Position numbers and translations under genes: made by a program. Shown here one piece after another: positions 40,271 through 51,246 of a stretch of 64,000 nt of DNA (its first letter is position 1; each line of letters opens with the position of its first letter). The notes beneath the pieces were generated by a model. That model was not told where the DNA came from. It saw only the letters and a list, made by a program, of their open reading frames with translations, and did not search any database. Source of the DNA: Microthyrium microscopicum (lineage: Eukaryota); assembly GCA_010405405.1 (NCBI GenBank), contig MU004233.1, positions 571,835 to 635,834 of the forward strand, read 5' to 3'.

Positions 40271-41071
40271 TACTTTGATTCCTGTACGGGCAAGAGACTG
40301 CAGCTCAATAGTAGTTGCTGGGGTGTAATCGTGGTTTTGGATTGGTAGAGAGGTTGTAGCATGTAGTGAGAATGATTAGAATATCAACAAGATTGTAAAA
40401 GGTTTTCTTGATATCTTCGAGCTCTGCTTAGTGAAAGGCAAAGTGACCTAAGACTCGACCTCAGAAACTTGGTATAGGTGCAGGTATCTGCTTGACGTGA
40501 AGAGCGAAATCAACTAGTACTAGAAAGATACCTCTGAGGCCAGGGAAAAGTGAAATGTTTGAGAGCATCATGACCCGCAAAATGTGGGCAAAGAATTGAT
40601 CAGATCATGCCGTGTTGAAGATTTGTCTGGAAACATTAGATACCTACTTAGTGTTTGAACATGAGAATTGTTTGAATAATGTAGAGAATAGGCTCAATTC
40701 ATCAGTATTGAATGTGACCGGCCGGGTTGTCTTCGTGCCCAGTGAATTTATAGTATGTTTGACATCGCTCACACACTTATACTCTACAATTTGCCCAAGT
40801 ACGCCTACTGAAGATCAACATCACATTGGTTGCACCTGCCACTCTGGCGTTAGATGTCCCTGACTATATTTCTTGAGGAAGTCACACACCACATAATATC
40901 TGAGGCAGCAACGATTGCTCCTACTGTATCAGGCAATCGAACCAATGGCTAATTCGAAAATTCAAAGCTTGAAAAGTTCTCACTCCAAGGAACTTTGACT
41001 CTACTCAATTCTTCTGCCTCGGACTTTTGATTGCTCATATCTTAACCTCCAATTGAATACTGTCCGACGTC

Positions 41072-43201
41072 ATGGCTTCCAAAAGCCTCAAACATCTTCC
41101 CTTCTGCCGAGCACTTGACAGACTTATTCCTGACCTTCAGACCCAGATTCTGCGATTGTGTTTCGTGCCCATGTCTGCACTGCAAATTCAGCGACCCGAC
41201 AACAGCGATGACAATGAGGCCGCGGACATATACAAGGCCTTGGAAGTCCTTCTTTCTGCGCCGCTTCTACTAGAGACCTTCTGGAAAGATCCACAAATGT
41301 TGTCCAGTTTCCGAACTTACACACCGGGCCGTAGCATAGCGCCTTTTGACTCTACTGCACGTGTCACGATGGCACTACTAACTCACCCGAACATGTAAGA
41401 AATAATCTGCGCCTATTTCGTCTCAGCACCCATGGAGCATTCGAAAGCGAGACTAGCCTTCACTTTACCTGGAGCTTGCTGATCCTCCGTGATTGGTTTC
41501 CTCAGCCATTGCACCTCTCCATGACTAAGTTTCGATCACTTTGTTCACATTCACTGACAATTACTAGGCAAACGGACTACAGATTTGTCGACAAAACGAG
41601 CAAATGGGATGACGACGCCACACATGGGCTTTACTTATCGAGTCCTCGAAAGCTTTCTGTCTATGTTTCCGTCATGCATGAAATCTATATAATGGCGGTA
41701 TCAATTCTACGATTGACTGAAACGGCACCGGAGCTATGCACGGTGCTTTTCCAGTCCAAGATGATGCCGCTTGCCGGCCTACCTAAAGTGGATCAGCACA
41801 CCATTTTGGTCTATCGTCTTCGGCGAGTGCTTCATTCACTCAAGTTTTTCGTGACTGCCTGCGACCTTCATCCTAGATCTATGGTAAGCGGAGCTACACA
41901 AAACTTCCTCGAAATCTAGAATCTGTGGATGTCATGCTGACAGCTCCTAGTTTTTAAACTTGCTAGATGTTCTTCGAGGTATCATTGCTTTGAAGCGCCG
42001 ATATGGTTTTGCTGATAACGAAGAGCCAAACGGGTACGAAAAGGCACTGGTAATTCGATTTTTGCAAGATTTGGATCAGTTACCGCAGGTAGGTCAATCC
42101 GGTCACTCATATATGTTAAGAACGGTCTTGAGTGGCTACGCACGAAGCTGCCGTGCCGTTCGAGGGTTTGATAAATCCGTGACGTTACTATACTTACCGG
42201 CTCCAGAGTATCAAAACGCAGAACGCCGACGTCAATCGCATCATGTCCTCGGATTTGACCCAGAAAATCCTTTTTAGAGCTAAAACGTTGAACTTGGCCA
42301 CAAATACAAAATATGTCAACAAGGATCATCGCCGATTTGCCTACGAGTTTCCCCGCCCGCTATGCGATCAACATATGTGGCCTGAAGCCAATTGGACAGG
42401 CTGGAAACTTCACAAGTGAGATACTTTTACCCTGAACCCCATTCAATAAATGCCTCATTGACGGTTTTGACATTGCACAGGTCATTTTGCATCCATGTCC
42501 TTTTCCGACCTCTATGCGAGGTTACCCATCAACCGAAAGAATCATGCGCTCTCCGACGGCTCCGTGCCAGTTCATATCGGGCGATAACGGCTCCGGCCAA
42601 GAAGAGACAGCTCACCTTCAATGACTTCGCCGCCCAAGGCTGGCGAAATATTGACACAAAATACAGTCAGCGACCCTACTCTGTGTCACACATGTGTGCT
42701 CATCCAGAAGGACACTGTCCATATAGTCGATTCTCGCGACCCCTTTTCAGGCCTCCGGTGAAATATGGTGGCACCGAACATGATCTTGAGTCATTCAGAC
42801 CTGCACTGAGTGGAAGAAGTAAGCTGGAAGTACAGATGAGAGACAAGGAGGATAGCCCTGTGTGGCTGCGCGTGAACTTGAAGCCTTGTTCGGCGCGTCT
42901 GAATGATATCCTTATTGCCGAGGAGACTCAAGCATGGCTCAGCCAAACCACACTACACTGGAATGGGCAAAAGATCAAGCTCCCTACCGCTGACAGTCAG
43001 ATACCCTTGATTCGATATCGTCGAGGTAAAGAACTAGGTCATTTGGAGGTGTTCTTTGTCTCTGACCATATCTTCAAGTTTATGAATGATGAGGACATGC
43101 TTGAGTCAGATATGGGAAGCGCTCCGGTCAGTACGGAGCTAAATTTCAGGCTTGATTGGCAACGAGAGCTGGAGTATGAGACAGCTTTGATGGCCGTGTA
43201 G
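41072..43201 (+). CDS. Array paralogue P10 (multi-exon, possibly degenerate)
   Basis: LDRLIPDLQTQILRLCF, LTETAPELC, YRLRRVLHSLKFFV, FCIHVLF, ILIAEE..SQTTLHW. Splicing not fully resolved. Confidence 0.6.
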
Positions 43202-44307
43202 CCGCGACATAAACGTGGACAATTCACGCAGATTCGAGAAGACTTATTTTGGTCGGAGGAAAAAGAGGGGTTCATGCGCGGCGCGCGTTGCATTTGCAAG
43301 ATCCTAGGTCAGATGAGAACCAATAAGATCTGTTCACAGAGCCCACCAATCCTTGAGCAAAACCTTTGGTCTTGTTGCTGACGGACTCGTCTCACGTAAC
43401 ATGTTACTGCGAGACCATGCGATGACCTGATGTGCATGAGCAATGTTGTGATACAGATAGGCTCCAGAAATCCTAAGAGATGGGTACTTAAATCGTAAAC
43501 CGGACGAATACGACCGCGGTAGTGGGGCTGTTCTTTCTGTACATTTAAGTAATGGAAATAACCCCGTGCAATATAAGCCCTGCCTCTCAACCCACTTTGT
43601 TCAGCTTGACGAACCATGTAGTTGCTACACTGGCACGATTGAATGTATTGTTGGCATGAGGGAATGGAGTCGAGAAATACAAGCGCTAAGCCTTTTTCGT
43701 GCATATGGTTCCTCGCTGCAAGAGTTGCAGGCAACTTGCAGCATATGAGAATCTTATTAGGTCATATTTTCAGGTTTAATCTCCTACATATATTGAAGTA
43801 TCAACGTGTAGCGGGTCGAATCGCTCTGTTCTCATACAGGTAGCTACCTACCTGGTAATACACGCGGCATATCGCGGACAGTTGAAAAGGATCAATCAGT
43901 CTTGGCAAGGCTGAGCACAAGGCTGACGGACAGGGTTCAGCACCTTAAACCAACGACATCTCCTCAAAGCTCAGCAGGTCAACAAACCCCTTTAAATCTG
44001 CAACTCTTGAATATTTCAAGAAAGGAGCGGAGAAGTTGATGGTGGCTGCTACTTCCACATCCATGAGTACAACACTCTAGATATGAATTTTCGAGGAAAA
44101 CTCAGTAATTGAACGGTGTCAGTGTCTTTCACCTACCTAGGTATTCAGGCACTTTTAAAGGACATCCACCAGCAATTAGTTGACAACCGATGTCCTTACC
44201 TCTACCTCCGCATCCTCCTCCTCTGATATTCGAGCTTTTTACCTTGTTTTACAACCAAAACTTATCGAATAGCATCCGCTTTGGATTACGCTGTCGACAT
44301 TAGGATC

Positions 44308-46475
44308 ATGGGCTTTTCGCCAACTTCCTTCCAGGAGCAGAGACAGCTTGCAATTTGTTTGCAACGGTAAGTCAATCTCCTAACTGGCGTGCTCCCATCT
44401 ATTTAAATGGCTCCCACGAAGGCTTCGAATCAACCACCGCTATGTTTTCCATCGCATTCGATAGACTGTGCCACTCTGAGCGCTCTTTATGGTATCTGTC
44501 GCACTCGATAGCAGAGCGTATCATCATATGAGCTACCGCATTCGATGAAATGCGCCAGCCCGAACGCCCTTCGTGGTATTTGACGCGCTCGATGTCGCAT
44601 CATTCCAAGTGGGAGCCATGAGAGTGGATGGGAGCACCCCAGTTCTTTGGTTCATCGGCTTTTCTTCTTCGTCGCACTAATGATCTACAGAATGCCTTTG
44701 GAGGTAACCTGCCAAATTGTCAGATTCCTCCTACCTGTTTGTCATCATCGAACCATTCCTGAGTTTTACGAGGAGCAAATTCAAATGGCTTTCCGAATGG
44801 TGAGTCGTCAAATCTCGACACACGGTGGAAGCTAACTGGACATATTCAGCTGGTGTCTTTACCTACGCTTATGGAAGCCTCCAGACTCGAAATTGGTTCA
44901 CTATTTCTGGCCTTGTCGAGCCACGAAAAACAAAACGTCAAGGTGATGCCCTGGATAGCGACTGTATCGAAGAGTCTTGCCTTTATCAATGGTCCGCCGA
45001 TATTTCATATTCAGCCTTCACTTAGATTTCCCCGTTTTTCATCCGACAAGCTTTCGAATTGGGTTTATGATGCCGAAACGTACCTAGATTCATATTTCGA
45101 AGAGAACGGAAAGATTCAAAGTCCTAAGGAAGCCGAATTGTTGTTGGAGCTCTGCCACGAAGTGTGCCATCCGGCAATACTTATTGTGGAATTAATCAGC
45201 GACTCCCCCGACCTTGGCAATCTGCTTTCTGTCATTCTTCCATCCCACCAGATGGCGAAAGCCGACCGGCATGCGATTGCCTTCTCTCGAATCACAAGAG
45301 CCCTCGTGGAGTTACAAGCCTATATCGTCATGCGCAGCACGCTTGTGCAATTCTCCACGGACCAGATTGATGCTCTGCATGGTAAATACATGGCAGAATA
45401 TGCTGGCCACCATTATAAGCACGCAGATCTCGGAACTTTAGGTGCAAAGCAACGCGTGCTGGCGCTAATGGAATTTCTGACCAGTATTCGTTCTACAATC
45501 TCCCGGACACAATCTCAAATGCACTTGATCGAGCTCATCCTATCAACAAACCTTGTGCGACGGATCACACTGTGTGGGTTGGATGAGTGCTGTCACCCTT
45601 TCGACTCGTGGTTAGGTTATTGCCTCGCCATGTATACTCGTCGATGTCGTGACAAGCCCAACCGGCGGTCTGATGGCCAAGGTCAACTTTCCGGTTGGAC
45701 GGTTCATGTTTGCCACTCACCAGAAAGTAGGAATCCCAAGCATCTATGCATTCATATGCATAGATTTCTTCCACTCGACAAAATCTCGAGGAGATTCAAA
45801 TCATCGGGTCGTCTCTTAAATACACCACGCATCTGGAGTCAGCGCGAGCAAAAGCCCAAGTTCTGCCAGGAGCCCGGACAAATCAGATTTGGTGACTCCT
45901 ATCTCAAGGGATGGAAATGCGACTATCCAGGTCTCAATCCTCGCGTGTGTCGCCGCATGTATCGCTACATACCCAAATGGCCAGCTCGCAGACCTTACGC
46001 CGTCTTACATGCATGTCCGACCATGAGACAGGAAGACCCATGTCGAAGCCATCGTATTTTCCGAGTGAGACCGCCACCACGACACTGTTCCTCAGCACTG
46101 GACGCCATGTTTGACGCGGAGGAAAAGCAAGCTCGATTACGACAATTGCGACTGGACTGGACTTGGGGTCTACAGTCAAAGCACCGATTCGCCAGGTCTA
46201 TGCCAGACGGTGCCATGATTGACCCGGCAGAGGTCAATGTGCCGGTGGTATGGGTGGGACATGACTTGTTTGTCTGGCCAGACGAGCTTGAGGAATACGA
46301 GTATCCTACTTTGTACGAGCGGCCCACATCTCGCACCAGCAGACATTACCCTGTACCTGCCGATGACCTATGCGAACACAAAGACCCTACAGCTCGCGAA
46401 TTTGGGACACTACGATTTCGGTATTGCGATCAGAAACATGAGTCAATGGCACGTGAGCAAGAGAGAAACTTCTGA
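44308..46475 (+). CDS. Array paralogue P11 (3 exons)
   Basis: Introns 44367-44690 and ~44800-44849 give LQR|MPLEVTCQIVRFLL..QMAFRM|LVSLP. SRITRALVELQAYIV, CIHMH and MFDAEE..RQLRLDWTWG. Confidence 0.8.
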
Positions 46476-47028
46476 GAGTGCGGTCTAGAGCTTTGCGGGA
46501 ACATATTTCGGGCGTCTTAAGTCCAGAACACGTAAAATTGATGGTTAAACCCTATATTTGGCTATGGCATAGGCCGGATGACTCTTCTATGCGACATTTT
46601 CTTCCATTCCGCTGTGAACAATTCGACGAGAGGAAGTTAAAACTGGGAATGGGAAACTAAGACAAGGTGCCTGTGTCAGTCAGAAAGCAGAGAAATGACA
46701 TAGAATCACATCATAGGCGTGCAATCCCACCAATGAGCTGTGAAGATTGTGAAATTTCCTCTGCAGCTTGAGTGTTCCAGGATTTATAGTATCATTTAGT
46801 AGCGGCCTACGCCGTTAGTAGCGGAGTTACTTTGCGACAAAATCATTGCTCGGTCATACGAGCCCAGATACAAAGCCCAGCACACTGCTAGATTGCCTGC
46901 AAAACATATTATCAGCTATATTGGTCAGCTCTCTCCATCTGTCGTCGCTAGCACTGAGCCTTCAAGCTTATTCCCTCCTACTCATCCTCTAACTGCATTG
47001 ATATTATCGTACCAGTCTGGCAGTCTTG

Positions 47029-47560
47029 ATGCGTACCACCAAAACGATGAAGGAGCGCGAGAAGGCAGCTCAAAGAGAGGCTGAGCTGTTAGCTCAGATG
47101 GCAGCAAAGTCCTCGCAAAGTTTCTCATACGGTTTGGAACGGTAAGATATCCTGACAGCCCAATCCTCACATTTACCATCAAATCCATTTACCGGGTTTG
47201 GTCATGAAGTTTGAAAACTAAAATGCTTGGTCTTGGTGAAGTTGATATTACGATGTCCAATCTATCAAAGTCTCTTTCTCTTGAATTTAATCAACTTTAG
47301 GCGACCATTAGAATTGATTCACTTGATTATTCGCTTTCTTTCTCCAATCCCACCCTCAGAAAGATTACCGCTTTGGCTCTTCGAGCGCAATTTCCAACGA
47401 AAGATTTAGACAGCATTTCATATGGTAGGTATCTCAAAGCTGCCATCGCGGTAAAGCCATGACGAAGGCCTATACTGACTAATTTATGCTAGGTATTGTT
47501 TTCACAACAGCTCATGCACGCTTCAATCTTTGAATCACGGTGGCTGTTGCGGGCAGACGG
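47029..47560 (+). pseudogene. Array paralogue P12, 5' fragment only
   Basis: GLER|RPLELIHLIIRFLS with the same two intron positions as P11 (47142-47300 and after AFHM), an in-frame TAG at 47407-47409 where P11 has Gln, and truncation before the dynamin 3' end. Confidence 0.7.
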
Positions 47561-47719
47561 CCTCTATCGAATGGTCACTCAGTGCTACACAGACCATTCA
47601 AGTTGAAAGGATATAGCCGAGTAGGGGGAGATAGCTTAGTAAAGTATAAATGGCTCGAAAAAGTTACAGATACAATGTATGGAGAGGAAAACTAAGTTCA
47701 ATTGGTTCTAATCATAACA

Positions 47720-50107
47720 TTAAGAAAGAACTTTCTTCCCTGCTTCAAGATCCAGGATCTTCTTAACGAGAGCCTTTCGTTTTCTTCGCAAAGCATTGTC
47801 TTCACCTGCAATCTCCATTAACTGGTCCTCCTTCAAGCCGGCGACGAACTCCGGAGAGAACAACCTTAAAGGCGACTCTGGACCTGGAATCTGTTAGCTA
47901 ACCTGACGATCAAAGTCCAAAGACTTCAAATTTGCTTGTGAACTTACCTGTGACCAAATAGTAATCCGCAGCTTGCATGCACAGATTATCTGTGAAACGC
48001 TTGCGAGCAACCTTGTAGTAAGACTCGAGGATGTCGTGGACTTCTTGCACAACATGCTGAACGTTGGACATAGATCGAGTCTCCACAATGTCTTCGATAC
48101 GCACAAGCGGGCCTCCACCGTGGGTGTCGCTTGTGAATGATTTTCCTTCAACACTTGCACGAACACGCTTTTGGCGACTGCAGGTGGTTACCAGTCAGTT
48201 CAGATATACTGGTTAAGCTTGTTCGGAGTTTACTTACCTCTTCTGCAAATTGTCGTTGAAGTAGTGGTTCAGTGTCGCGGGAGTGCCTCTCCTCTCAACA
48301 TGCAGCAGGAAACGTACATTTTCCAACGCCTTCTGATACCTCGGGAATAGCCCATCCATAAGAACTGAGAGTAGTCCATCTTGGACACGTCGATCTGGGC
48401 AAACTAAGCCCAACAGAGTCTTAATGAACCTATGCGCCATGCTGATGACGTCTTTGATGTAGCCCATCGCGATAGCTTCCCAATTGGATGATTGTGTCTT
48501 CATTGTCATCGCTAGAAGTGAGCTATCGAACGTGCCCAGCTCGAATCCTCGAGAGCCTTTGTAGACGTTGGTAAGCCATGGTATGATATCGCGGGCAGGC
48601 TCGTTTGGTATGGAGATAGTGTCGGCAGCTAACTCATCCAGCTCATCAAAGTTATCGTGGAAGCGCAGAACGACTTTCTTGGTCGCAAGCTCTTTCGGTT
48701 CATCTCCAGTAGTCTCGACAGACTTTTGGTCAGTTTTCGAATCGTTTTTGAATTGGTATGAATGGCCATGGCATCCAAGGATTGTCGCCACGACTTCATT
48801 GCGATTGACAATGTCTGTCGCGAAACGCAAATTCGGAAATTGATCAAACCAATCACTGCCTACATAATTCGCAGAAAGAGCAGAGTTCACAACTTTCTGG
48901 AAGGCCATGCTGATTTTCATAAGATAATGGATTTGCTGGGCGGCAGTCTCTCTTTCTCCGCCAAGCTCCTCGTGTTCATCGTTTGCCTTTTTGAGCATTT
49001 TATGGATCTCGGATTTGACCTGCAGTGACTGTAAGCAACAAGAATACTTTCAGTATTCTCAACATACCTTAGGAAATTCACTGCGAATTTTGTCGGCGAG
49101 AACTTCTTGCAATCGAACTTGCAGTGCCTCCACGCCAACTCTATCTTTGTCCAAAGTGTTCCAAGGAGCTCGATCCCGGAAAAAGCTCCTCTCAATGTCA
49201 ACCCGATCGCTCGTTCCATCTTCTATGTCCTTTTGGCCAGGATTGCGAAGAATGTACCAGCCCATTTCGAGCTTATGTCGGACGCCTTTGACAAGTTCCA
49301 TGACTGATTTCTCAGCGCCAGAATCGACCAGATCTGGCTTTGTCAAAACTCCAAGAGTTCGAACACCCTCTTCATCAACTTCTTCCGCCATTGTAAGAAT
49401 CTCTTGTGTGGCGATATCGACATTGGCGGGGACGACTGTAAGCATGATAGATCGAGGGTTCGCCATATATCGTTTGACCATGGCTAGAACAGTCTCCTGA
49501 TCTTGCTTCGTTGTCTCACCAGCAGTGGTTTTGCGGAAGATGCCAGGAACGTCGATAACAGAAAACAACTGCTCCGTAGGGCCGCAGATCTCGAGACACA
49601 GAACGTCCTCAGAGAAGGTGCCATGAGTGCCCTTTTGGTCGCCGTGTCCAAGGCCCATGACTTCATGTACCTGTATACACCAAATGCGATGAGCAAAAGA
49701 AGACTAGATAGCCGCTTACAGGTTCTGTCGGCACTTACCTCTTGCATAATCTGTGCGAACTTTGCAGGAGCCAACTCCTCCAAATCGGCCTTGGACCAAT
49801 TTTTGACCTCTTCCTGATGTTGCTCGCTGCTGCCACGGGAAGGAATAATCGAAACAGTGATCATTTTGGTGGGAGCCCGGCGGAATGTGATCTGAGTAGC
49901 AAACCGGGTGCATAGTCCGCTATCACGGGGAAAGGGAAGACCAGTGAGTCCTTCGAGGACGGAACTCTTGCCGCTTGACTGATCGCCAACGACTACAATC
50001 TGAGGAAGTGCAATGTGCTCGCCAACCCCAGTTGCGAAGAGCTTGTCAATTTTCTCCAACAGAATTGGATCAGCCATGTTGTCCATTGTAGGTCTCATGT
50101 CGCCCAT
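47720..50107 (-). CDS. Mx/dynamin-like GTPase (dynamin N, middle, GED)
   Basis: G1 GDQSSGKSS, G2 CTRFAT, G3 DVPG, G4 TKPD, GED-like HDILESYYKVARKRFTDNLCMQA; four short GT-AG introns. Confidence 0.9.
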
Positions 50108-51246
50108 GACTGCAGTTGCTTTGGTTTTGATGGACGTGGGAGAAAAGATGTGAGTTAAGTTAGGAGGTAGATACCGTAACGCTCAGAATTATATGACAAC
50201 AAGGAGGTATTTAACAATTGTCTCCAACAAAGGCCGATTTAAACATTTTAGTTTTCTCTTTGAAAAGCGAGGCAACAATTACTCTAACGGCCACAATCAT
50301 GCGAAATGATTGGCCAGGATAGCTGCATTGAGCACGATAAGGCTGAGCCATCGGTCAGGCTCAGCCCGGCGGCAATGTCCAAATCCTACAATTCTGAGGC
50401 CTCAACTTGTTCCTAAATGATTGTCCGCCAGTAATTGCTATAGAATGAAGCCATAAAAGGCTGTGTTGGGCAATTCACATACGGATAACATCGGGCGTGC
50501 CGCTTGCCGTGTTGCATGAAGTGCCAGGATGCAAGAGGTACACGCCGCACGAAAAGGGAAAGTTTTGCAGATTTTGAGGCCTATGATATCCATGAGCCTA
50601 GTGTAAGCCACGCTCTGGTTTCTCGATAGATCGTAGTCAGTGGTTCGAATGATGGATCCATATGAAATACCCCTTTTTTCAGCCTGGTTGTCGTCGCCTC
50701 AGATGATTCAGCCAACGCTCATGTTGCTCGACATTTCTCATTCTTCTGAAAGCTTTTTTGCCGATCCCCTGTTCGCGTCCCTACTAGGAAGCATATTCTC
50801 TGTACACCATATAGTTTATCAACGCAGTCTAACCGTAACGAGCAACAGACATGGTGTTCAGCGACTTGACAACTGATCATATCCAGGTCAATCTTGGTCT
50901 TCAATCATAAAATCAGAAGCAGCATCAATACTCATCAATTCACCATAAGCATACACTAATACCTAAATCATGCATACCAGCATCCAATAACCCAAGTTCC
51001 ATTCCATACCCAAAGTTCCCATTTCCATACCCATAGTCCGGGGATATCAATCCATACCACTAACTCCAACCACAATACATGACAAAAGAAATACAAGATA
51101 CAAAAAAACAACTCCGCTGCAACCAAAAATCTGGAGGCAAAGACCCACCAAAATCCGATTCGTGAGCCAGAAGCATCTGTCAATACATCCACCCATCTGA
51201 CTCGTTACTAATGTCCCCTCCGTCTCCCAAGGTCATGCCCGAGCAA

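Noticed and set aside
47407..47409. Premature TAG rescued by A-to-I editing
   Set aside because: The paralogue has Gln rather than Trp here, and the gene is truncated anyway.
14934..47560. Spok, HET or NLR identity for the array
   Set aside because: No recognisable kinase/nuclease, HET, NACHT/NB-ARC or repeat-domain motifs.
50341..50366. GGCTGAGCC..GGCTCAGCC hairpin as a Helitron 3' end, with similar GGCTGAG words at ~3.93 kb and ~43.9 kb
   Set aside because: No adjacent CTRR terminus, and the similarity is too short to be significant.
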